Notes under the pieces: generated by a model
Told to the model about the DNA's origin: nothing
The model's database searches: none
What the model saw: only the letters and a program-made list of their open reading frames with translations
Program-made: the position numbers and the translations under genes
From: Auanema rhodensis
Taxonomy: Eukaryota; Animalia; Nematoda
NCBI GenBank assembly: GCA_964057225.1
Contig: OZ059896.1
Location: 1,302,001 to 1,366,000 of the forward strand
Direction of reading: 5' to 3'
Length of the DNA stretch: 64,000 nt
Shown: positions 1 through 12,987 of the stretch, piece by piece
Position numbering within the stretch: position 1 is the first letter of the stretch
Layout: each line of letters opens with the position of its first letter

Positions 1-3000
1 CTTCCAAAAACATTTTGACAAAAATTTTTTCAAAAAATTTCAACATAATTTAGCGAAAAGTAGATGTTTTTAGATTCCTTTTTTCAAGGCAAAAACGATG
101 GACAATGTTATTCAACGAAAAAATTAATTCTTCAGGGTGAAAATCGAGGATATAGGTGTGAACTTATATCAGTTGATATCTCGGTGCATTTTTAAGCTAG
201 CGCAAATCTGATAGTACAGATCGACGCAGCTTAATAATCCGCATCGAATGCACTATACTACATTGAGAAACGCTTAATACAAAAATTAGTTATGATCTTT
301 TGAAAAATGATGCATTAGTGTATGTTGAGTTTCCATGTACACTCAAAATTGCTTCCAAAAACATTTTGACAAAAATTTTTTCGAAAAATTTCAAAATAAT
401 TTAGCAAAAAGTAGATGTTTTTAGATTCCTTTTTTTGAGGCAAAAACGATGGACAATGTTATTCAACGAAAAAATTAATTCTTCAGGGTGAAAATCGAGG
501 ATATAAGTGTGAACTTATATCAGTTGATATCTCGGTGCATTTTCAAGCCAGCGCAAATCTGATAGTACAGATCGACGCAGCTTAAAAATCCGCATCGAAT
601 GCACTATACTACATTGAAAAACGCTTAATACAAAAATTAGTTATGATCGTTTGAAAAATGATGCATTAGTGTATGTTGAGTTTCCATGTACACTCCAAAT
701 TGCTTCCAAAAACATTTTGACAAAAATTTTTTCGAAAAATTTCAAAATAATTTAGCGAAAAGTAGATGTTTTTAGATTTCTTTTTTCGAGGCAAAAACGA
801 TGGACAATGTTATTCAACGAAAAAATTAATTCTTCAGGGTGAAAACCGAGGATATAAGTGTGAACTTATATCAGTTGATATCTCGGTGCATTTTTAAGCT
901 AGCGGAAATTTGATAACACAGATCGACGCAGCTTAAAAATCCGCATTGAATGCACTATACTACATTAAGAAAAGCTTAATACAAAAATTAGTTATGATCG
1001 TTTGAAAAACGATGCATTAGTGTATGTTGAGTTTCCATGTACACTCAACATTGCTTCCAAAAACATTTTGACAAAAATTTTTTCGAAAAATTTCAAAATA
1101 ATTTAGCGAAAAGTAGATGTTTTTAGATTCCTTTTTTCGAGGCAAAAACGATGGACAATGTTATTCAACGAAAAAATTAATTCTTCAGGGTGAAAATCGA
1201 GGATATAAGTGTGAACTTATATCAGTTGATATCTCGGTGCATTTTCAAGCTAGCGCAAATCTGATAGTACAGATCGACGCAGCTTAAAAATTCGCATCGA
1301 ATGCACTATACTACATTGAGAAACGCTTAATACAAAAATTAGTTATGATCGTTTGAAAAATGATGCATTAGTGTATGTTGAGTTTCCATGTACACTCAAA
1401 ATTGCTTCCAAAAACATTTTGACAAAAATTTTTTCAAAAAATTTCAAAATAATTTAGCGAAAAGTAGATGTTTTTAGATTCCTTTTTTCAAGGCAAAAAC
1501 GATGGACAATGTTATTCAACGAAAAAATTAATTCTTCAGGGTGAAAATCGAGGATATAGGTGTGAACTTATATCAGTTGATATCTCGGTGCATTTTTAAG
1601 CTAGCGCAAATCTGATAGTACAGATCGACGCAGCTTAAAAATTCGCATCGAATGCACTATACTACATTGAGAAACGCTTAATATAAAAATTAGTTATGAT
1701 CGTTTGAAAAATGATGCATTAGTGTATGTTGAGTTTCCATGTACACTCAAAATTGCTTCCAAAAACATTTTGACAAAAATTTTTTCAAAAAATTTCAACA
1801 TAATTTAGCGAAAAGTAGATGTTTTTAGATTCCTTTTTTCAAGGCAAAAACGATGGACAATGTTATTCAACGAAAAAATTAATTCTTCAGGGTGAAAATC
1901 GAGGATATAGGTGTGAACTTATATCAGTTGATATCTCGGTGCATTTTTAAGCTAGCGCAAATCTGATAGTACAGATCGACGCAGCTTAATAATCCGCATC
2001 GAATGCACTATACTACATTGAGAAACGCTTAATACAAAAATTAGTTATGATCTTTTGAAAAATGATGCATTAGTGTATGTTGAGTTTCCATGTACACTCA
2101 AAATTGCTTCCAAAAACATTTTGACAAAAATTTTTTCGAAAAATTTCAAAATAATTTAGCAAAAAGTAGATGTTTTTAGATTCCTTTTTTCGAGGCAAAA
2201 ACGATGGACAATGTTATTCAACGAAAAAATTAATTCTTCAGGGTGAAAATCGAGGATATAAGTGTGAACTTATATCAGTTGATATCTCGGTGCATTTTCA
2301 AGCCAGCGCAAATCTGATAGTACAGATCGACGCAGCTTAAAAATCCGCATCGAATGCACTATACTACATTGAAAAACGCTTAATACAAAAATTAGTTATG
2401 ATCGTTTGAAAAATGATGCATTAGTGTATGTTGAGTTTCCATGTACACTCCAAATTGCTTCCAAAAACATTTTGACAAAAATTTTTTCGAAAAATTTCAA
2501 AATAATTTAGCGAAAAGTAGATGTTTTTAGATTTCTTTTTTCGAGGCAAAAACGATGGACAATGTTATTCAACGAAAAAATTAATTCTTCAGGGTGAAAA
2601 CCGAGGATATAAGTGTGAACTTATATCAGTTGATATCTCGGTGCATTTTTAAGCTAGCGGAAATTTGATAACACAGATCGACGCAGCTTAAAAATCCGCA
2701 TTGAATGCACTATACTACATTAAGAAAAGCTTAATACAAAAATTAGTTGTGATCGTTTGAAAAACGATGCATTAGTGTATGTTGAGTTTCCATGTACACT
2801 CAACATTGCTTCCAAAAACATTTTGACAAAAATTTTTTCGAAAAATTTCAAAATAATTTAGCGAAAAGTAGATGTTTTTAGATTCCTTTCTTCGAGGCAA
2901 AAACGATGGACAATGTTATTCAACGAAAAAATTAATTCTTCAGGGTGAAAATCGAGGATATAAGTGTGAACTTATATCAGTTGATATCTCGGTGCATTTT

Positions 3001-3159
3001 CAAGCTAGCGCAAATCTGATAGTACAGATCGACGCAGCTTAAAAATTCGCATCGAATGCACTATACTACATTGAGAAACGCTTAATACAAAAATTAGTTA
3101 TGATCGTTTGAAAAATGATGCATTAGTGTATGTTGAGTTTCCATGTACACTCAAAATTG
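1..3159. repeat. Local 5-monomer-period duplication (1755 bp): monomers 1-4 match 6-9
   Basis: Private variants 'ttcaacataa' (monomers 1 and 6) and 'gaaaaacgatgc' (1010 and 2765) recur 1755 bp apart. Confidence 0.85.
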
Positions 3160-4914
3160 CTTCCAAAAACATTTTGACAAAAATTTTTTCAAAAAATTTC
3201 AAAATAATTTAGCGAAAAGTAGATGTTTTTAGATTCCTTTTTTCAAGGCAAAAACGATGGACAATGTTATTCAACGAAAAAATTAATTCTTCAGGGTGAA
3301 AATCGAGGATATAGGTGTGAACTTATATCAGTTGATATCTCGGTGCATTTTTAAGCTAGCGCAAATCTGATAGTACAGATCGACGCAGCTTAATAATCCG
3401 CATCGAATGCACTATACTACATTGAGAAACGCTTAATACAAAAATTAGTTATGATCTTTTGAAAAATGATGCATTAGTGTATGTTGAGTTTCCATGTACA
3501 CTCAAAATTGCTTCCAAAAACATTTTGACAAAAATTTTTTCGAAAAATTTCAAAATAATTTAGCAAAAAGTAGATGTTTTTAGATTCCATTTTTCAAGGC
3601 AAAAACGATGGACAATGTTATTCAACGAAAAAATTAATTCTTCAGGGTGAAAATCGAGGATATAGGTGTGAACTTATATCAGTTGATATCTCGGTGCATT
3701 TTCAAGCCAGCGCAAATCTGATAGTACAGATCGACGCAGCTTAAAAATCCGCATCGAATGCACTATACTACATTGAAAAACGCTTAATACAAAAATTAGT
3801 TATGATCGTTTGAAAAATGATGCATTAGTGTATGTTGAGTTTCCATGTACACTCAACATTGCTTCCAAAAACATTTTGACAAAAATTTTTTCGAAAAATT
3901 TCAAAATAATTTAGCGAAAAGTAGATGTTTTTAGATTCCTTTCTTCGAGGCAAAAACGATGGACAATGTTATTCAACGAAAAAATTAATTCTTCAGGGTG
4001 AAAATCGAGGATATAAGTGTGAACTTATATCAGTTGATATCTCGGTGCATTTTCAAGCTAGCGCAAATCTGATAGTACAGATCGACGCAGCTTAAAAATT
4101 CGCATCGAATGCACTATACTACATTGAGAAACGCTTAATACAAAAATTAGTTATGATCGTTTGAAAAATGATGCATTAGTGTATGTTGAGTTTCCATGTA
4201 CACTCAAAATTGCTTCCAAAAACATTTTGACAAAAATTTTTTCAAAAAATTTCAAAATAATTTAGCGAAAAGTAGATGTTTTTAGATTCCTTTTTTCAAG
4301 GCAAAAACGATGGACAATGTTATTCAACGAAAAAATTAATTCTTCAGGGTGAAAATCGAGGATATAGGTGTGAACTTATATCAGTTGATATCTCGGTGCA
4401 TTTTTAAGCTAGCGCAAATCTGATAGTACAGATCGACGCAGCTTAATAATCCGCATCGAATGCACTATACTACATTGAGAAACGCTTAATACAAAAATTA
4501 GTTATGATCTTTTGAAAAATGATGCATTAGTGTATGTTGAGTTTCCATGTACACTCAAAATTGCTTCCAAAAACATTTTGACAAAAATTTTTTCGAAAAA
4601 TTTCAAAATAATTTAGCAAAAAGTAGATGTTTTTAGATTCCATTTTTCAAGGCAAAAACGATGGACAATGTTATTCAACGAAAAAATTAATTCTTCAGGG
4701 TGAAAATCGAGGATATAGGTGTGAACTTATATCAGTTGATATCTCGGTGCATTTTCAAGCCAGCGCAAATCTGATAGTACAGATCGACGCAGCTTAAAAA
4801 TCCGCATCGAATGCACTATACTACATTGAAAAACGCTTAATACAAAAATTAGTTATGATCGTTTGAAAAATGATGCATTAGTGTATGTTGAGTTTCCATG
4901 TACACTCCAAATTG
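2809..4914. repeat. 3-monomer duplication (1053 bp): monomers 9-11 and 12-14
   Basis: 'ttcctttcttcgagg' at 2890 and 3943; 'ttccatttttcaagg' with 'cattgaaaaa' in monomers 11 and 14. Confidence 0.85.
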
Positions 4915-6669
4915 CTTCCAAAAACATTTTGACAAAAATTTTTTCGAAAAATTTCAAAATAATTTAGCGAAAAGTAGATGTTTTTAGATTCCTTTTTTCG
5001 AGGCAAAAACGATGGACAATGTTATTCAACGAAAAAATTAATTCTTCAGGGTGAAAACCGAGGATATAAGTGTGAACTTATATCAGTTGATATCTCGGTG
5101 CATTTTTAAGCTAGCGGAAATTTGATAACACAGATCGACGCAGCTTAAAAATCCGCATTGAATGCACTATACTACATTAAGAAAAGCTTAATACAAAAAT
5201 TAGTTATGATCGTTTGAAAAATGATGCATTAGTGTATGTTGAGTTTCCATGTACACTCAACATTGCTTCCAAAAACATTTTGACAAAAATTTTTTCGAAA
5301 AATTTCAAAATAATTTAGCGAACAGTAGATGTTTTTAGATTTCTTTTTTCAAGGCAAAAACGATGGACAATGTTATTCAACGAAAAAATTAATTCTTCAG
5401 GGTGAAAATCGAGGATATAAGTGTGAACTTATATCAGTTGATATCTCGGTGCATTTTCGAGCTAGCGTAAATCTGATAGTACAGATCGACGCAGCTTAAA
5501 AATCCGCATCGAATGCACTATACTACATTGAGAAACGCTTAATACAAAAATAAGTTATGATCGTTTGAAAAATGATGCATTAGTGTATGTTGAGTTTCCA
5601 TGTACACTCAAAATTGCTTCCAAAAACATTTTGACAAAAATTTTTTCGAAAAATTTCAAAATAATTTAGCAAAAAGTAGATGTTTTTAGATTCCATTTTT
5701 CAAGGCAAAAACGATGGACAATGTTATTCAACGAAAAAATTAATTCTTCAGGGTGAAAATCGAGGATATAGGTGTGAACTTATATCAGTTGATATCTCGG
5801 TGCATTTTCGAGCTAGCGTAAATCTGATAGTACAGATCGACGCAGCTTAAAAATCCGCATCGAATGCACTATACTACATTGAGAAAAGCTAAATACAAAA
5901 ATTAGTTATGATCGTTTGAAAAATGATGCATTAGTGTATGTTGAGTTTCCATGTACACTCCAAATTGCTTCCAAAAACATTTTGACAAAAATTTTTTCGA
6001 AAAATTTCAAAATAATTTAGCGAAAAGTAGATGTTTTTAGATTCCTTTTTTCGAGGCAAAAACGATAGACAATGTTATTCAACGAAAAAATTAATTCTTC
6101 AGGGTGAAAACCGAGGATATAAGTGTGAACTTATATCAGTTGATATCTCGGTGCATTTTTAAGCTAGCGGAAATTTGATAACACAGATCGACGCAGCTTA
6201 AAAATCCGCATTGAATGCACTATACTACATTAAGAAAAGCTTAATACAAAAATTAGTTATGATCGTTTGAAAAATGATGCATTAGTGTATGTTGAGTTTC
6301 CATGTACACTCAACATTGCTTCCAAAAACATTTTGACAAAAATTTTTTCGAAAAATTTCAAAATAATTTAGCGAAAAGTAGATGTTTTTAGATTCCTTTT
6401 TTCGAGGCAAAAACGATGGACAATGTTATTCAACGAAAAAATTAATTCTTCAGGGTGAAAATCGAGGATATAAGTGTGAACTTATATCAGTTGATATCTC
6501 GGTGCATTTTTAAGCTAGCGCAAATCTGATAGTACAGATCGACGCAGCTTAATAATCCGCATCGAATGCACTATACTACATTGAGAAACGCTTAATACAA
6601 AAATTAGTTATGATCTTTTGAAAAATGATGCATTAGTGTATGTTGAGTTTCCATGTACACTCAAAATTG

Positions 6670-9600
6670 CTTCCAAAAACATTTTGACAAAAATTTTTTC
6701 GAAAAATTTCAAAATAATTTAGCAGAAAGTAGATGTTTTTAGATTCCTTTTTTCGAGGCAAAAACGATGGACAATGTTATTCAACGAAAAAATTAATTCT
6801 TCAGGGTGAAAATCGAGGATATAAGTGTGAACTTATATCAGTTGATATCTCGGTGCATTTTCGAGCTAGCGTAAATCTGATAGTACAGATCGACGCAGCT
6901 TAAAAATCCGCATCGAATGCACTATACTACATTGAGAAACGCTTAATACAAAAATAAGTTATGATCGTTTGAAAAATGATGCATTAGTGTATGTTGAGTT
7001 TCCATGTACACTCAAAATTGCTTCCAAAAACATTTTGACAAAAATTTTTTCAAAAAATTTCAAAATAATTTAGCGAAAAGTAGATGTTTTTAGATTCCTT
7101 TTTTCAAGGCAAAAACGATGGACAATGTTATTCAACGAAAAAATTAATTCTTCAGGGTGAAAACCGAGGATATAAGTGTGAACTTATATCAGTTGATATC
7201 TCGGTGCATTTTTAAGCTAGCGGAAATTTGATAACACAGATCGACGCAGCTTAAAAATCCGCATTGAATGCACTATACTACATTAAGAAAAGCTTAATAC
7301 AAAAATTAGTTATGATCGTTTGAAAAATGATGCATTAGTGTATGTTGAGTTTCCATGTACACTCAACATTGCTTCCAAAAACATTTTGACAAAAATTTTT
7401 TCGAAAAATTTCAAAATAATTTAGCGAAAAGTAGATGTTTTTAGATTCCTTTTTTCGAGGCAAAAACGATGGACAATGTTATTCAACGAAAAAATTAATT
7501 CTTCAGGGTGAAAATCGAGGATATAAGTGTGAACTTATATCAGTTGATATCTCGGTGCATTTTCAAGCTAGCGCAAATCTGATAGTACAGATCGACGCAG
7601 CTTAAAAATCCGCATCGAATGCACTATACTACATTGAGAAACGCTTAATACAAAAATTAGTTATGATCGTTTGAAAAATGATGCATTAGTGTATGTTGAG
7701 TTTCCATGTATACTCAAAATTGCTTCCAAAAACATTTTGACAAAAATTTTTTCAAAAAATTTCAAAATAATTTAGCGAAAAGTAGATGTTTTTAGATTCC
7801 TTTTTTCAAGGCAAAAACGATGGACAATGTTATTCAACGAAAAAATTAATTCTTCAGGGTGAAAATCGAGGATATAAGTGTGAACTTATATCAGTTGATA
7901 TCTCGGTGCATTTTCAAGCTAGCGCAAATCTGATAGTACAGATCGACGCAGCTTAATAATCCGCATCGAATGCACTATACTACATTGAGAAACGCTTAAT
8001 ACAAAAATTAGTTATGATCTTTTGAAAAATGATGCATTAGTGTATGTTGAGTTTCCATGTACACTCAACATTGCTTCCAAAAACATTTTGACAAAAATTT
8101 TTTCGAAAAATTTCAAAATAATTTAGCGAAAAGTAGATGTTTTTAGATTCCTTTTTTCGAGGCAAAAACGATGGACAATGTTTTTCAACGAAAAAATTAA
8201 TTCTTCAGGGTGAAAATCGAGGATATAAGTGTGAACTTATATCAGTTGATATCTCGGTGCATTTTCAAGCTAGCGCAAATCTGATAGTACAGATCGACGC
8301 AGCTTAAAAATCCGCATCGAATGCACTATACTACATTGAGAAACGCTTAATACAAAAATTAGTTATGATCGTTTGAAAAATGATGCATTAGTGTATGTTG
8401 AGTTTCCATGTACACTCAAAATTGCTTCCAAAAACATTTTGACAAAAATTTTTTCAAAAAATTTCAAAATAATTTAGCGAAAAGTAGATGTTTTTAGATT
8501 CCTTTTTTCAAGGCAAAAACGATGGACAATGTTATTCAACGAAAAAATTAATTCTTCAGGGTGAAAATCGAGGAAATAGGTGTGAACTTATATCAGTTGA
8601 TATCTCGGTGCATTTTTAAGCTAGCGCAAATCTGATAGTACAGATCGACGCAGCTTAATAATCCGCATCGAATGCACTATACTACATTGAGAAACGCTTA
8701 ATACAAAAATTAGTTATGATCTTTTGAAAAATGATGCATTAGTGTATGTTGAGTTTCCATGTACACTCAAAATTGCTTCCAAAAACATTTTGACAAAAAT
8801 TTTTTCGAAAAATTTCAAAATAATTTAGCAAAAAGTAGATGTTTTTAGATTTCTTTTTTCGAGGCAAAAACGATGGACAATGTTATTCAACGAAAAAATT
8901 AATTCTTCAGGGTGAAAATCGAGGATATAAGTGTGAACTTATATCAGTTGATATCTCGGTGCATTTTCGAGCTAGCGCAAATCTGATAGTACAGATCGAC
9001 GCAGCTTAAAAATCCGCATCGAATGCACTATACTACATTGAGAAACGCTTAATACAAAAATAAGTTATGATCGTTTGAAAAATGATGCATTAGTGTATGT
9101 TGAGTTTCCATGTACACTCAAAATTGCTTCCAAAAACATTTTGACAAAAATTTTTTCGAAAAATTTCAAAATAATTTAGCAGAAAGTAGATGTTTTTAGA
9201 TTCCTTTTTTCGAGGCAAAAACGATGGACAATGTTATTCAACGAAAAAATTAATTCTTCAGGGTGAAAATCGAGGATATAAGTGTGAACTTATATCAGTT
9301 GATATCTCGGTGCATTTTCGAGCTAGCGTAAATCTGATAGTACAGATCGACGCAGCTTAAAAATCCGCATCGAATGCACTATACTACATTGAGAAACGCT
9401 TAATACAAAAATAAGTTATGATCGTTTGAAAAATGATGCATTAGTGTATGTTGAGTTTCCATGTACACTCAAAATTGCTTCCAAAAACATTTTGACAAAA
9501 ATTTTTTCAAAAAATTTCAAAATAATTTAGCGAAAAGTAGATGTTTTTAGATTCCTTTTTTCAAGGCAAAAACGATGGACAATGTTATTCAACGAAAAAA

Positions 9601-12600
9601 TTAATTCTTCAGGGTGAAAACCGAGGATATAAGTGTGAACTTATATCAGTTGATATCTCGGTGCATTTTTAAGCTAGCGGAAATTTGATAACACAGATCG
9701 ACGCAGCTTAAAAATCCGCATTGAATGCACTATACTACATTAAGAAAAGCTTAATACAAAAATTAGTTATGATCGTTTGAAAAATGATGCATTAGTGTAT
9801 GTTGAGTTTCCATGTACACTCAAAATTGCTTCCAAAAACATTTTGACAAAAATTTTTTCAAAAAATTTCAAAATAATTTAGCGAAAAGTAGATGTTTTTA
9901 GATTCCTTTTTTCAAGGCAAAAACGATGGACAATGTTATTCAACGAAAAAATTAATTCTTCAGGGTGAAAATCGAGGAAATAGGTGTGAACTTATATCAG
10001 TTGATATCTCGGTGCATTTTTAAGCTAGCGCAAATCTGATAGTACAGATCGACGCAGCTTAATAATCCGCATCGAATGCACTATACTACATTGAGAAACG
10101 CTTAATACAAAAATTAGTTATGATCTTTTGAAAAATGATGCATTAGTGTATGTTGAGTTTCCATGTACACTCAAAATTGCTTCCAAAAACATTTTGACAA
10201 AAATTTTTTCGAAAAATTTCAAAATAATTTAGCAAAAAGTAGATGTTTTTAGATTTCTTTTTTCGAGGCAAAAACGATGGACAATGTTATTCAACGAAAA
10301 AATTAATTCTTCAGGGTGAAAATCGAGGATATAAGTGTGAACTTATATCAGTTGATATCTCGGTGCATTTTCGAGCTAGCGCAAATCTGATAGTACAGAT
10401 CGACGCAGCTTAAAAATCCGCATCGAATGCACTATACTACATTGAGAAACGCTTAATACAAAAATAAGTTATGATCGTTTGAAAAATGATGCATTAGTGT
10501 ATGTTGAGTTTCCATGTACACTCAAAATTGCTTCCAAAAACATTTTGACAAAAATTTTTTCGAAAAATTTCAAAATAATTTAGCAGAAAGTAGATGTTTT
10601 TAGATTCCTTTTTTCGAGGCAAAAACGATGGACAATGTTATTCAACGAAAAAATTAATTCTTCAGGGTGAAAATCGAGGATATAAGTGTGAACTTATATC
10701 AGTTGATATCTCGGTGCATTTTCGAGCTAGCGTAAATCTGATAGTACAGATCGACGCAGCTTAAAAATCCGCATCGAATGCACTATACTACATTGAGAAA
10801 CGCTTAATACAAAAATAAGTTATGATCGTTTGAAAAATGATGCATTAGTGTATGTTGAGTTTCCATGTACACTCAAAATTGCTTCCAAAAACATTTTGAC
10901 AAAAATTTTTTCAAAAAATTTCAAAATAATTTAGCGAAAAGTAGATGTTTTTAGATTCCTTTTTTCAAGGCAAAAACGATGGACAATGTTATTCAACGAA
11001 AAAATTAATTCTTCAGGGTGAAAACCGAGGATATAAGTGTGAACTTATATCAGTTGATATCTCGGTGCATTTTTAAGCTAGCGGAAATTTGATAACACAG
11101 ATCGACGCAGCTTAAAAATCCGCATTGAATGCACTATACTACATTAAGAAAAGCTTAATACAAAAATTAGTTATGATCGTTTGAAAAATGATGCATTAGT
11201 GTATGTTGAGTTTCCATGTACACTCAACATTGCTTCCAAAAACATTTTGACAAAAATTTTTTCGAAAAATTTCAAAATAATTTAGCGAAAAGTAGATGTT
11301 TTTAGATTCCTTTTTTCGAGGCAAAAACGATGGACAATGTTATTCAACGAAAAAATTAATTCTTCAGGGTGAAAATCGAGGATATAAGTGTGAACTTATA
11401 TCAGTTGATATCTCGGTGCATTTTCAAGCTAGCGCAAATCTGATAGTACAGATCGACGCAGCTTAAAAATCCGCATCGAATGCACTATACTACATTGAGA
11501 AACGCTTAATACAAAAATTAGTTATGATCGTTTGAAAAATGATGCATTAGTGTATGTTGAGTTTCCATGTATACTCAAAATTGCTTCCAAAAACATTTTG
11601 ACAAAAATTTTTTCAAAAAATTTCAAAATAATTTAGCGAAAAGTAGATGTTTTTAGATTCCTTTTTTCAAGGCAAAAACGATGGACAATGTTATTCAACG
11701 AAAAAATTAATTCTTCAGGGTGAAAATCGAGGATATAAGTGTGAACTTATATCAGTTGATATCTCGGTGCATTTTCAAGCTAGCGCAAATCTGATAGTAC
11801 AGATCGACGCAGCTTAATAATCCGCATCGAATGCACTATACTACATTGAGAAACGCTTAATACAAAAATTAGTTATGATCTTTTGAAAAATGATGCATTA
11901 GTGTATGTTGAGTTTCCATGTACACTCAACATTGCTTCCAAAAACATTTTGACAAAAATTTTTTCGAAAAATTTCAAAATAATTTAGCGAAAAGTAGATG
12001 TTTTTAGATTCCTTTTTTCGAGGCAAAAACGATGGACAATGTTTTTCAACGAAAAAATTAATTCTTCAGGGTGAAAATCGAGGATATAAGTGTGAACTTA
12101 TATCAGTTGATATCTCGGTGCATTTTCAAGCTAGCGCAAATCTGATAGTACAGATCGACGCAGCTTAAAAATCCGCATCGAATGCACTATACTACATTGA
12201 GAAACGCTTAATACAAAAATTAGTTATGATCGTTTGAAAAATGATGCATTAGTGTATGTTGAGTTTCCATGTACACTCAAAATTGCTTCCAAAAACATTT
12301 TGACAAAAATTTTTTCAAAAAATTTCAAAATAATTTAGCGAAAAGTAGATGTTTTTAGATTCCTTTTTTCAAGGCAAAAACGATGGACAATGTTATTCAA
12401 CGAAAAAATTAATTCTTCAGGGTGAAAATCGAGGAAATAGGTGTGAACTTATATCAGTTGATATCTCGGTGCATTTTTAAGCTAGCGCAAATCTGATAGT
12501 ACAGATCGACGCAGCTTAATAATCCGCATCGAATGCACTATACTACATTGAGAAACGCTTAATACAAAAATTAGTTATGATCTTTTGAAAAATGATGCAT

Positions 12601-12987
12601 TAGTGTATGTTGAGTTTCCATGTACACTCAAAATTGCTTCCAAAAACATTTTGACAAAAATTTTTTCGAAAAATTTCAAAATAATTTAGCAAAAAGTAGA
12701 TGTTTTTAGATTTCTTTTTTCGAGGCAAAAACGATGGACAATGTTATTCAACGAAAAAATTAATTCTTCAGGGTGAAAATCGAGGATATAAGTGTGAACT
12801 TATATCAGTTGATATCTCGGTGCATTTTCGAGCTAGCGCAAATCTGATAGTACAGATCGACGCAGCTTAAAAATCCGCATCGAATGCACTATACTACATT
12901 GAGAAACGCTTAATACAAAAATAAGTTATGATCGTTTGAAAAATGATGCATTAGTGTATGTTGAGTTTCCATGTACACTCAAAATTG
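6670..12987. repeat. 7-mer higher-order repeat with an internally deleted 4-mer copy: ABCDEFG-ABFG-ABCDEFG (monomers 20-37)
   Basis: 'agcagaaag' at 6725, 9182, 10586; 'ggaaatagg' at 8575, 9979, 12436; 'gtatactc' only at 7711 and 11572; 'tgtttttcaacg' only at about 8183 and 12044. Confidence 0.9.

Noticed and set aside
1-351. Assignment to a known ~350-360 bp satellite (Drosophila 1.688, Tribolium or cucurbit satellites)
   Set aside because: Only the length is similar. I cannot recognise sequence identity without a database search.
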